Positions 1 to 8,390 of a stretch of 64,000 nucleotides of DNA are shown one piece after another. The stretch spans positions 128,232-192,231 of the forward strand of contig DATLGL010000015.1 of the NCBI GenBank assembly GCA_035540495.1, in the 5' to 3' direction. Numbering within the stretch: position 1 is the stretch's first letter; every line of letters begins with the position of its first letter. The position numbers were made by a program, and so were the translations under genes. Under the pieces are notes generated by a model. It was not told the DNA's origin, searched no databases, and was given only the letters and a program-made list of their open reading frames with translations. This DNA is from Acidimicrobiales bacterium. Lineage in GTDB: Bacteria; Actinomycetota; Acidimicrobiia; Acidimicrobiales; CADCTF01.

Positions 1-241
1 CGCGATAGGCCGGCAACACCTCCAGCAGCGGGATGTAGGCGCACAACACGCCATCTGTGATCGCGGTGGCGAACCCGACGACCGTCGATCGGTCCCACGC
101 CAACGACACGTGCGGAGACGCTGCGAGCAGCCGCAGGTGCTCCTCCGGCGATAACGGAGCCAACCAGCCCTCGAAGAAGCCGCCGCGCAGGGCATCAGCC
201 GTCACTCCGTCGGTGTCGCTCTCGATGCGGATCTCAGCCAT
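1..241 (-). CDS. GNAT family N-acetyltransferase (N-terminal part only; gene runs off the window start)
   Basis: Own translation of the minus strand from ATG at 241 gives MAEIRIESDTDGVTADALRGGFFEGWLAPLSPEEHLRLLAASPHVSLAWDRSTVVGFATAITDGVLCAYIPLLEVLPAYR. This is the GNAT beta4/motif-A lead-in. High GC3. The start overlaps the stop of the upstream HIT gene by 8 nt. Confidence 0.6.
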   Translation of the reverse strand, partial: MAEIRIESDTDGVTADALRGGFFEGWLAPLSPEEHLRLLAASPHVSLAWDRSTVVGFATAITDGVLCAYIPLLEVLPAYR

Positions 242-725
242 CGGAGGAAAGCTCCACGTTCTGCTCGTAGGCGCCGCGCAGTGCCGTTGCGCGCTCGGCC
301 ATCTCGTCCGGATCTGCCCAAGCCGGTCTGGCGCCGTAGAGACCATCGCCTTCGTAGCGAGGGAAGACGTGGACGTGGAGGTGCCACACGTCCTGGTTCC
401 CCGCCGGCTCGTTGTGCTGACGGATCGACGTGCCGGGGCACTCGTACGCAGACTTGATCGCGACTGCGGCGCGGCGTGTCGCTGCGAACAGCGGACCGCC
501 GACGTGCTCAGGAAGCTCGTAGAGGTTCTCGATGTGCTGCGTCGTCACGACCAACACAGCGCCCGGGTTGTTGGGCCACCACCTCGGACTGACGAAGGTG
601 AGCGTGTCGTCGGTTCGCTCGACGACGTGGCGCTGCTGCACGAGGTCGTTCTCGCCGCCGCTCACGTAGAGGCAGAACGGGCACTCGTAGCCTGGCGGCT
701 CGTGCGACGGGAACGAGGTCGACAT
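234..725 (-). CDS. HIT (histidine triad) family protein
   Basis: C-terminal 163 aa of ORF 234..1268. Histidine-triad motif HLHVHVFPR. Start set at ATG 725 (MSTSFPSHEPPGYECPFC...). The upstream part of the ORF is not protein-like and overlaps the HNH gene on the other strand. Confidence 0.85.
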   Translation of the reverse strand: MSTSFPSHEPPGYECPFCLYVSGGENDLVQQRHVVERTDDTLTFVSPRWWPNNPGAVLVVTTQHIENLYELPEHVGGPLFAATRRAAVAIKSAYECPGTSIRQHNEPAGNQDVWHLHVHVFPRYEGDGLYGARPAWADPDEMAERATALRGAYEQNVELSSDG

Positions 726-741
726 CGCCCGAGCGTGCCAC

Positions 742-758
742 GCATTTCTGTCCCACCC
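742..758 (+). promoter_or_regulatory. Conserved 17-nt motif GCATTTCTGTCCCACCC, 18 nt upstream of DUF222/HNH gene (copy 1)
   Basis: Matches 16 of 17 positions of GCATTTCTGTCTCACCC at 25611-25627. That copy sits 19 nt upstream of the second DUF222/HNH gene, in the same orientation. Confidence 0.4.
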
Positions 759-776
759 GAATGGTTCACTTCGGAC

Positions 777-1940
777 ATGGTGTTGTCGGGGTTGGCGAGA
801 GAGGTGAGAGAGCTCGGCGAGCTCGACACCACTCTGCTTACCGACGACGAACTCTCGGAGCTGATGATCGAGCTCCACCAGCTGCGGAACGCACTCGAAG
901 CGCAGCATGCGCGGGTGGCCCGTTCGTGGGACGCGCGGCGCGCATGGTCGGCAGACGGCGCCCGCAGCGGCGCGGCGTGGATGGCGACACGAACGCGCGC
1001 GTGCAAGGGCGACTACGGCTCGCTGCTCCGACTCGCCTCGAAGACGCGGCTGATGCCGCAGGTCGAAGCGGCGTGGGAAGCGGGCGAGATCACCCGCGAC
1101 CACGTCCGCCGCTTCTCGGGCGCGGCGAACCCGCGCACCTACTCGGTGTTCGCGCGTGACGAGGCGTGGCTGGTGCATCAGGCGCGGACGTTGACGTTCG
1201 CCGAGTTCTGCCAAGCCGTCGACTACTGGCTCCTCGCCGCCGATCCCGACGGCGCCGCCGACGACCACGACGAGCGCGTCGACCGCCGACGGGTGTCGCT
1301 CGACCAGACACTCGGCGGCATGTACTCCGGCTCGATCCTCCTCGACCCCCTACGCGGCTCGATCGTCGCGACCGAGCTGCGACGCATCGAACGACAGCTC
1401 TTCGAAGCCGACTGGGCCGACGCCAAAGGGCGCCTCGGCCGCGATCCGTCGGTGTTCGAGCTGGCGCGCACCCCAGACCAGCGACGGGCTGATGCGCTAG
1501 TCGAGATGGCCCGCCGCAGCGCCGCTGCCCAGCCTGGCGCATCGACGAAGCCGCTCTTCTCCGTCCTGCTGGGCGCCGACTCGTTCCGGCAGCTCAGCGA
1601 GCTCGCCGACGGCGCCGTCGTCCCGCCGAGCGCCCTTCGCGAGTGGATCCGCGACGCCGACCTCGAGGCGCTCCTGTTCGACGCGCTCGGTCAGCGAGCG
1701 ATCAAGGTCTCACGCCAGCGCACCTTCACCGGCGCGCTCCGCCGCATCATCGAAGTCCGCGACCGCCGCTGCCAGGACCGCTACTGCGACACCCGTGCCG
1801 CGCAATGCCAAGCCGACCACATCACCCCATGGTCTGAAGGCGGCCTCACGAGCCAAGACAACGGCCAGCTCCTCTGCGGACCCCACAACCGCCGCAAGAA
1901 CCGCAGACGACCACGAGGCGACCCCGACCCCGGAGGCTGA
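777..1940 (+). CDS. DUF222 domain / HNH endonuclease (13E12-repeat-type protein)
   Basis: ORF 57..1940 trimmed to ATG 777 (MVLSGLAREVRELGELDTTLLTDDELSELMIELHQLRN...). The DUF222-like N-terminal part contains AWSADGARSGAAWMA. C-terminal HNH motif: CQDRYCD...CQADHITPWSEGGLTSQDNGQLLCGPHNRRK. Confidence 0.8.
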   Translation: MVLSGLAREVRELGELDTTLLTDDELSELMIELHQLRNALEAQHARVARSWDARRAWSADGARSGAAWMATRTRACKGDYGSLLRLASKTRLMPQVEAAWEAGEITRDHVRRFSGAANPRTYSVFARDEAWLVHQARTLTFAEFCQAVDYWLLAADPDGAADDHDERVDRRRVSLDQTLGGMYSGSILLDPLRGSIVATELRRIERQLFEADWADAKGRLGRDPSVFELARTPDQRRADALVEMARRSAAAQPGASTKPLFSVLLGADSFRQLSELADGAVVPPSALREWIRDADLEALLFDALGQRAIKVSRQRTFTGALRRIIEVRDRRCQDRYCDTRAAQCQADHITPWSEGGLTSQDNGQLLCGPHNRRKNRRRPRGDPDPGG

Positions 1941-1964
1941 CGGTGGACGGTGGACCGGCCGGTG

Positions 1965-2186
1965 TCAGCGGTTGAGCCAGCCGTTCAGCAGCAACGGCAC
2001 ATTTGCAGTCGATCGGATCCACTCGTAGCTGAACGCTTCGCCCGCGGTGGTTGCAATGACGACGCGCCGGTAGAGCTCGCCCTCGCCCTCGATCCTGTCG
2101 AGCACGTCGATCGCACCGTCGAGCCGGTGCGGGTCGAGTCGTACGCGCACGCCCGCGATCGACGACGCGGCTGCCGGGTCGAACAC
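1965..2186 (-). CDS. Hypothetical small protein (73 aa)
   Basis: GTG-initiated ORF 13 nt downstream of the MFS gene on the same strand. High GC3 and a protein-like sequence (…RIEGEGELYRRVVIATTAGEAFSYEWIR…). No family recognised. Confidence 0.4.
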   Translation of the reverse strand: MFDPAAASSIAGVRVRLDPHRLDGAIDVLDRIEGEGELYRRVVIATTAGEAFSYEWIRSTANVPLLLNGWLNR

Positions 2187-2199
2187 CGCAGCCGGGAGT

Positions 2200-3615
2200 T
2201 CAGTCGACAGAAGACTCGAGCTCGTCCGTCGACGTCGCGGCGGCGGCCTCCCGCTCCGCGGCCTCCCGCTGCTGGCGCTCGATCATCGAGGTGACGATGG
2301 CCTGGACGTCGTTGGCGATGGTGTGCTGAGCCCGTAGCAGGATCAGCGACCCGACGAACACCGGCGGGGTGACGATGTAGAAGGCCGCCACGAGCGAGCC
2401 GGTGACGTCCGACAGCAGACCCACGAGCGGCGGTGCGAGCGCAGTGCCGAACACCGTCGACGTCAGCGCGAACGCCGACGCGCTGACGCCGCGGTTCTCG
2501 GCCGGAACGACGTCCATCATCGACGCCCTCAAGGCGGGGAAGGCGCTCGAGATCGCGATCACACCGAGGAACTGCAGCGCGATCCGCACGGCGATCACCG
2601 GAACCATGAACGAGGCGAGGAACGCCGCAGCGCAGATCATGATCACGGTCGCGACGAGCCGGATGCGGCCCTGCGGACCGGCACTGAAGACCTTGTCGGC
2701 CAGCCGTCCGCCCCAGAACGTCCCGATGATGCCGGCGAACGCGAAGACGACCGCGGTCACACCCGTGGCCTGGGTGAGCGTCATGTTCGAGTAGCGCTCG
2801 TGGTAGATCGCCATCCAGTAGCCGACGCCGGAGACCGTGAACAGCAACGTCCCCACGCCGACGAGCACGTAGCGCATCGTGCGGATCGAGAAGATGAACT
2901 TCAGCTCCTCGATCAGCGAGCGGCGAGCCTCCGACAGGAACTCGCGGGGTGACAGACGAGCGGCCGACTGCTCGGCGTCGATCGGCGTGACGGGACCCTG
3001 ACCGAGCTCGTGCCCCTCGAGCTCCGACTCGCCCCGCGTGGGCTCGCGCAACTTGAAGCACAGGAACGCGATCAGCGAGCCGGGCATGCCGACGAGTGCG
3101 AACGCCCAGCGCCAGCCGAGCTGCGCGCCGACGAACCCACCGAGGGCGAGACCGATACCGCCGCCGAGGAACACCGACACCTGCTGCGCGGAGAAGACCC
3201 GCCCGCGCACCTTGGCCGGGTAGTAGTCGGTGAGCAGCGACGTCGACGACGGATCGTCGACCGCCTGACCGATGCCCAACGCCGCCCGGGCGAGGAAGAG
3301 CGTCGGGTAGTTGATGGCGATGGCGGAGAGGGCCGACAGGCCGCTCCACGACAGGAGCGTCCAGCCGACGATGCGGGTGCGGTTGTACCGGTCGGCGACC
3401 CAGCCGGCCGGGATCGTCGCTATGACGTTCACGAACACGAAGGCGAACCCGAGCGCGCCGAGCTGGAGATCGTTGAGGTTCCAGTCGTCCTTCAGCAGCG
3501 GCAGCACGCCCCGCAACACGTTCGTGTCGACCTGATCGACGAAGGCCACGAGGCTCAAGATCACAAGTGGCTTCTTGGCGTACCCCGCGAGCGACGGCGA
3601 CTTCCCGTTCCCCAT
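2200..3615 (-). CDS. MFS transporter
   Basis: 471 aa with about 12 hydrophobic segments. MFS loop motif GWVADRYNRTRI between TM2 and TM3. Central hydrophilic loop and an acidic C-terminal tail. Confidence 0.85.
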   Translation of the reverse strand: MGNGKSPSLAGYAKKPLVILSLVAFVDQVDTNVLRGVLPLLKDDWNLNDLQLGALGFAFVFVNVIATIPAGWVADRYNRTRIVGWTLLSWSGLSALSAIAINYPTLFLARAALGIGQAVDDPSSTSLLTDYYPAKVRGRVFSAQQVSVFLGGGIGLALGGFVGAQLGWRWAFALVGMPGSLIAFLCFKLREPTRGESELEGHELGQGPVTPIDAEQSAARLSPREFLSEARRSLIEELKFIFSIRTMRYVLVGVGTLLFTVSGVGYWMAIYHERYSNMTLTQATGVTAVVFAFAGIIGTFWGGRLADKVFSAGPQGRIRLVATVIMICAAAFLASFMVPVIAVRIALQFLGVIAISSAFPALRASMMDVVPAENRGVSASAFALTSTVFGTALAPPLVGLLSDVTGSLVAAFYIVTPPVFVGSLILLRAQHTIANDVQAIVTSMIERQQREAAEREAAAATSTDELESSVD

Positions 3616-3709
3616 GGGCGCGAACGGTACTGCTCAACCCCAGCAATCTGCACGTCGCGTGCGATATCCGCTCATCCGGCGCAGCAGCCGGCTTCGAACA
3701 ACCACCGCT

Positions 3710-4495
3710 GTGGGATTCGACCTCGACACGTACAAGCGCCTCGTGCGCCCCGTCGAAATCGACGACATCGACTTCGACACCTTCAAAGAGCGGCCGCTCG
3801 ACGACGCCACCCTTCGGTGCCTGCGGTACATGCACGACGTGGAGTCGCACACGGTCTGCTACCTCCGCGACCTGCTCGTCACCAGGGCTCACCGCGACCC
3901 CGAGATGACGACGTTCCTCACGTTCTGGAACTACGAGGAGTACTGGCACGGCGAGGCCATCGCCCGCGTCCTGGCGATGCACGACGAGCACGCCGGCCCG
4001 GCACGGATCGCACCGATGCGCACGCGCATCAGCCGCAAGGAAGCCATCGCGCCGCTGACGTCGATGGCGATGTCGGCCGCGATCAAGGACTTCGGTGCGG
4101 TGCACATGACGTGGGGCGCCATCAACGAATGGACGACGCAGGCCGGCTACTCCCGGCTGGCGCAGAAGGCGAACCACCCGATCCTGTCCGACCTCCTCAA
4201 GCGGATCATGCGACAAGAGGGCCGGCACATCGACTTCTACGCGACACAGGCTCGCAAGCGACTCGACGCCAGCAAGGCCGCGCGGCGGATCACGAGGCTC
4301 GCGCTGACCCGCTTCTGGCGACCCGTCGGTTCCGGCGTCATGCCCGCGTCAGAGACCCGCTTCCTCATCCGCCACCTCTTCGACGGCGAGACCGGCCGCG
4401 CGATGGCGGAGCGCATCGACCGCCGCATCGACAACCTGCCCGGCCTCGACGGCCTGAACCTGATCACCGGAAGTCTCGCGACTGCGGGCCGGTGA
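3710..4495 (+). CDS. Ferritin-like diiron-carboxylate protein (acyl-ACP-desaturase-like fold), function unknown
   Basis: Taken from ORF 3575..4495. Carries ExxH-type motifs (DVESH, EEYWHGE, RQEGRH). Start moved to GTG 3710 because GC3 is only about 60 percent between 3614 and 3709 and about 90 percent after it. An ATG at 3614 would also overlap the divergent MFS start. Confidence 0.6.
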   Translation: MGFDLDTYKRLVRPVEIDDIDFDTFKERPLDDATLRCLRYMHDVESHTVCYLRDLLVTRAHRDPEMTTFLTFWNYEEYWHGEAIARVLAMHDEHAGPARIAPMRTRISRKEAIAPLTSMAMSAAIKDFGAVHMTWGAINEWTTQAGYSRLAQKANHPILSDLLKRIMRQEGRHIDFYATQARKRLDASKAARRITRLALTRFWRPVGSGVMPASETRFLIRHLFDGETGRAMAERIDRRIDNLPGLDGLNLITGSLATAGR

Positions 4496-7400
4496 CCGAC
4501 AGCGACAGTGGATCGATCTTGTCGGCGATCACGTTGATGACCCCTTCCGACTTCTCCACCCGCCCTCGGATGAGCAGCGCGGGCGCAGTGCGGGCGACCC
4601 GCCGGTAGCGGGCCCACAACCCCTTCGAGCACACGACGTTGACGAGACCGGTCTCGTCCTCGAGGTTCACGAACGTCGTGCCCTGCGCCGTCGCCGGACG
4701 CTGTCGATGGGTGACGATGCCGGCCACCCGAACCCGCGATCCGCTCTCGAGAGCAGGGTCGGCGAGCGCGGCTGCCGAGCGGATGCCCTCGGCGTCGAGG
4801 CGGTCGCGGATGTACTGCGTCGGGTAGCTGCGGGGCGAGATGCCGGTCGACCACAGGTCGAACGCCGCGTGCTCGACCTCGTTCATCCCCGGCAGCGCCG
4901 GCGCGGCCGACCCGATCACCACACCAGGTAGACGGTCGGGACGCGACTGCGTCACCGCTCCCGCCGCCCACAACGCCCGCCGCCGGTCGAGTCCGAAGCA
5001 CGCGAACGCACCGGCCGTCGCCAGCGACTCGACCTGAGGCTCGGTCAACCCGTTGCGGCGGACGACGTCCTCCATCGACTCGTACGGCCGCCCGGCAGCG
5101 ATCCGCTTCGCGAGGCCTTCGCCGATGTGGCGGACCTCCTTGATCCCGAGCCGAACCGTCCCCTGCGAAGGAACCGTCGCCCGCCAGTCGCTCTCGTTCA
5201 CGTCGGGCTCGAGCACGACCACGTCGTGACGGCGCGCGTCGGCCACCAACGACTGCGGCGAGTAGAAGCCCATCGGCTGCGCGTTGAGCAGCGCGGCGCA
5301 GAAGGCGTCCGGGTAGTGGAGCTTGATCCACGAGCTCGAGTACACGAGGTAGGCGAACGACACCGAGTGGCTCTCGGGGAAGCCGAAGTTCGCGAACGCA
5401 GCGAGCTTGTCGTAGATCTGGTCGGCGACCTCGCCGGTGATGCCACGCTCCGCCATCCCCTCGTAGAGCCGGGCCCGCAGCCGCTCCATCCGCTCACGCG
5501 ACCGCTTCGACCCCATCGCCTGGCGAAGTTGATCGGCCTCGCCCGGCGTGAAGCCGGCGACGTCGATCGCCATCTGCATCAGCTGCTCCTGGAACAGCGG
5601 CACGCCGAGCGTCTTCTTCAGCGCAGGCTCGAGCAACGGGTGCAGGTACGTCACCGGCTCCTTGCCGTTGCGCCGCCGGATGTAGGGGTGCACCGACCCG
5701 CCCTGGATCGGCCCCGGACGGATCAGCGCGACCTCGACCACGAGGTCGTAGAACGTGCGCGGCTTCAACCGAGGAAGCGTCGCCATCTGGGCTCGCGACT
5801 CGACCTGGAACACGCCGACCGAGTCGGCGCGGCACAACATGTCGTAGACCTCGTCTTCCTGCGGGATCGTCGCGAGGTCGACCTCGACGCCGTACGCGTC
5901 GCGGATGAGGTCGACGGCGTAGTGCAACGCGCTCAGCATCCCGAGACCGAGCAGGTCGAACTTCACCAGGCCGACGGCCGCGCAGTCGTCCTTGTCCCAC
6001 TGCAGCACCGTCCGCGCCGGACCGCGCCCGCCCGGCAACTCGAGCCGCCCCCACTCGACCGGCACGACCTCGCTCACCGGCCGGTCGCAGATCACCATCC
6101 CGCCGGAGTGGATGCCGAGATGCCGCGGGAAGTTCTGCACCTGCCCGGCCAGCTCGAGCACATGAGCGGGGATGTCGTGATCGGGCTGCGCAGCCGTTGC
6201 CGACAGCGGACCCCACGGATCGGCCTGCTTCGACCACGCGTCCTGCTGCCCGACCGCGAACCCCAACGCCTTCGCCATGTCGCGGATCGACGACTTCGCC
6301 CGGTACGTGATGACGTTCGCCACCTGCGCCGCGTTCTGCCGGCCGTAGCGCTCGTACACGTACTGGATGACCTCTTCCCGCCGGTCGCTCTCGATGTCGA
6401 TGTCGATGTCGGGCGGACCGTCGCGCTCCGGCGACAGGAACCGCTCGAACAGCAGGCCGAGCTTCACCGCGTCGGCCGCGGTGATGCCGAGCGCGTAGCA
6501 GGCCGCGCTGTTCGCCGCCGAGCCCCGGCCCTGGCAGAGGATGTCGTTGCGCCGGCAGAACTGGACGATGTCGTAGACGATCAGGAAGTAGCCGGGGAAG
6601 CCGAGCTGCTCGATCACGTCGAGCTCGTGCTCGATCTGCTCGTACGCGCCAGGGACGCGACACGACGAACGCGGCCCGTACCGCTCGAGCGCGCCCTTCC
6701 ACGTGAGCTCCCGCAACCACGACATCTCGGTGTGGCCGTCGGGCACCGGGTAGTCGGGCAGGTTCGGCGCGACGAGGCGGAGGTCGAACGCGCACTCCCG
6801 CGCAAGCGCTGCGGCGCGCTCGACGACACCGGGATAGCGGGCGAAGCGGCGGGCCTGCTCGTCGCCGCTTCGCAGGTGAGCGGTGGCCGCGGGAGGGAGC
6901 CAGCCGTCGATCTCGTCGAGGCTACGCCGGGCCCGGACCGCCGCGAGTGCAGTGGCGAGCGAGCGACGTGAAGGCGTCGCGTAGTGGACGTTGTTGGTGG
7001 CGATCACCTCGAGGCTCTGACGCACCGCCATCTCGGCGAGGGCGTCGTTGCGGGCCGAGTCGAGCGGGTCGCCGTGATCCCAAAGCTCGACGACCACGTT
7101 GTCGCGGCCGAAGGCGACCACGAGATCGGCGAGGCGACGGGCCGCCGCGGCTGGTCCGTCGTTCACCAAGGCGGACGGAACGGGACCCTTGCGGCAACCC
7201 GTGAGCACGACCCACTGCCCCGCCGCAGCCTCGGCCAGCTCGGGCAGGCGGAACACCGGCTTGCCCTTCTCGCGTCCTTCGAGGTGGCCCTTGGTGATCG
7301 CCGCGCACAGCCGGGCGTAGCCGGTGGGATTGCGGGCGAGGACGAGGAGGTGGGTGCCCTCGGGATCGGGGACGCCGTTCTGCGGCTTCGTCAGCCCGAG

Positions 7401-7772
7401 GCTGAGCTCGGCTCCGAACACCGTCGGCATGCCGATCGCGCTCGCGGCCTCGGCGAAGCGGACCACGCCGTACATCCCGTTGTGGTCGGTGAGGGCGAGC
7501 GCCTCGAGGCCGAGTCGAGCCGCCTCCTCGACGAGCTCCTCGGGATGCGACGCCCCGTCGAGGAACGAGAAGTTCGAGTGGCAGTGGAGCTCCGCGTACG
7601 GGACACCGCCGCAGCCTGCGCGGCGCACCACCCCCTCGGGTTCGTAGGGCTGGCGCTTGCGCGACCATGCAGGGCTGTCGCCACCATTTGCCCCCACCGG
7701 CACGTTGGTGGTGCGTCCCGACAGGACCTTCTCCAACTCCCGCCAAGGCATCTTGGGGTTGTTGAAGCCCAT
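4464..7772 (-). CDS. dnaE2: Error-prone DNA polymerase III alpha subunit DnaE2 (ImuC)
   Basis: 1102 aa. N-terminal PHP domain (YAELHCHSNFSFLDGAS, LALTDHNGMYG), a Pol III alpha core and a C-terminal OB fold. A LexA box lies 13 nt upstream of the ATG. Confidence 0.9.
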   Translation of the reverse strand: MGFNNPKMPWRELEKVLSGRTTNVPVGANGGDSPAWSRKRQPYEPEGVVRRAGCGGVPYAELHCHSNFSFLDGASHPEELVEEAARLGLEALALTDHNGMYGVVRFAEAASAIGMPTVFGAELSLGLTKPQNGVPDPEGTHLLVLARNPTGYARLCAAITKGHLEGREKGKPVFRLPELAEAAAGQWVVLTGCRKGPVPSALVNDGPAAAARRLADLVVAFGRDNVVVELWDHGDPLDSARNDALAEMAVRQSLEVIATNNVHYATPSRRSLATALAAVRARRSLDEIDGWLPPAATAHLRSGDEQARRFARYPGVVERAAALARECAFDLRLVAPNLPDYPVPDGHTEMSWLRELTWKGALERYGPRSSCRVPGAYEQIEHELDVIEQLGFPGYFLIVYDIVQFCRRNDILCQGRGSAANSAACYALGITAADAVKLGLLFERFLSPERDGPPDIDIDIESDRREEVIQYVYERYGRQNAAQVANVITYRAKSSIRDMAKALGFAVGQQDAWSKQADPWGPLSATAAQPDHDIPAHVLELAGQVQNFPRHLGIHSGGMVICDRPVSEVVPVEWGRLELPGGRGPARTVLQWDKDDCAAVGLVKFDLLGLGMLSALHYAVDLIRDAYGVEVDLATIPQEDEVYDMLCRADSVGVFQVESRAQMATLPRLKPRTFYDLVVEVALIRPGPIQGGSVHPYIRRRNGKEPVTYLHPLLEPALKKTLGVPLFQEQLMQMAIDVAGFTPGEADQLRQAMGSKRSRERMERLRARLYEGMAERGITGEVADQIYDKLAAFANFGFPESHSVSFAYLVYSSSWIKLHYPDAFCAALLNAQPMGFYSPQSLVADARRHDVVVLEPDVNESDWRATVPSQGTVRLGIKEVRHIGEGLAKRIAAGRPYESMEDVVRRNGLTEPQVESLATAGAFACFGLDRRRALWAAGAVTQSRPDRLPGVVIGSAAPALPGMNEVEHAAFDLWSTGISPRSYPTQYIRDRLDAEGIRSAAALADPALESGSRVRVAGIVTHRQRPATAQGTTFVNLEDETGLVNVVCSKGLWARYRRVARTAPALLIRGRVEKSEGVINVIADKIDPLSLSVTGPQSRDFR

Positions 7773-7784
7773 GTCGCGAAACTA

Positions 7785-7800
7785 TCGAACATATGTTCGT
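7785..7800. promoter_or_regulatory. LexA (SOS) box TCGAACATATGTTCGT between dnaE2 and a divergent membrane-protein gene
   Basis: Matches the actinobacterial consensus TCGAAC-N4-GTTCGA at 11 of 12 conserved positions. The extended CTATCGAACAYATGTTCG is shared with the imuA' box. On the dnaE2 strand the adjacent TAGTTT (7784-7779) fits a TANNNT -10 element 6 nt from the ATG. Confidence 0.8.
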
Positions 7801-7859
7801 GTCGCCAGCGAGTGGGGGATGCTCGGGAGATAGGGGAGAAACCGGAAGTCGGTGGGTAC

Positions 7860-8390
7860 ATGGCGGACGTGGCCGTCGCCGTGTCGATCCTCCTTCTCCT
7901 CTTCGCCCTCCTGGCCACCGGCGTGTTGATCGCCATGGCCCTGCGCATGCCGTCCCCGGTCGAGCCGGGGCAGCTCGCGCCGGCACCGAGTCCGAGACCG
8001 CGGCGAGCACGCGCGTACCACGACGACATCACGCCACAGCCGGAGCGTGGCCGGGTCCGGCTGATGTCCCGCCTCCTGTTCGCCCGGCGGACGTCGGACG
8101 CGATCACGCTCGACTGCACCCTCGTCGCGGTCGAAGGTCAGCTGCCGCCCGACGTCGACCCGCCCCAGGGCCTGCCGTTCACGCTCCGCCTCCGCTGCCC
8201 CGACACGACGTGGTTCGCCGGACGGGTCGAGGAGCTGCTGACGGAGTGGGCGGAGGAGAACCGTGAGCTGATGCTCGAGCTCAGCCCCGACCGGGGCAAG
8301 GTGCGTACGACGATCGCCAGCGGTGGCTCGTCCGTCCACCTCGAGCTGGCCGGCGCCGCCGGCCTCGGCTCGGGCCTCAGCGCCGCCTGA
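7860..8390 (+). CDS. Single-pass membrane protein, unknown function (paralog of 14495-14926)
   Basis: ORF 6984..8390 trimmed to ATG 7860 ([28 protein letters not shown] = N-terminal TM helix). Followed by a Pro/Arg-rich linker and a ~100-aa C-terminal domain that aligns with the gene at 14495. Confidence 0.6.
   Translation: MADVAVAVSILLLLFALLATGVLIAMALRMPSPVEPGQLAPAPSPRPRRARAYHDDITPQPERGRVRLMSRLLFARRTSDAITLDCTLVAVEGQLPPDVDPPQGLPFTLRLRCPDTTWFAGRVEELLTEWAEENRELMLELSPDRGKVRTTIASGGSSVHLELAGAAGLGSGLSAA

Noticed and set aside
57-776. N-terminal 240 codons of ORF 57..1940
   Set aside because: This part overlaps the HIT and GNAT genes on the opposite strand and is not protein-like. The DUF222 homology starts at ATG 777.
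3575-3709. ATG 3575 or 3614 as the start of the ferritin-like gene (giving the CCATGG head-to-head overlap with the MFS start)
   Set aside because: GC3 in 3614-3709 is only about 60 percent against about 90 percent downstream. Head-to-head overlapping starts would leave no promoter space. GTG 3710 is preferred (GTG 3659 remains possible).
1985-4228. 747-aa minus-strand ORF spanning the MFS and ferritin-like region
   Set aside because: It is off-frame relative to the MFS gene and antisense to the ferritin-like gene. The translation is Arg/His/Gly/Asp-rich with no motifs.
5127-6971. 614-aa plus-strand ORF (and 5494-6795 minus, 6922-8010 minus) inside the dnaE2 region
   Set aside because: These are antisense or off-frame shadows of dnaE2. 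The sequences are Arg/Leu/Asp/Val junk, while the 1102-aa frame has PHP and Pol III alpha motifs.
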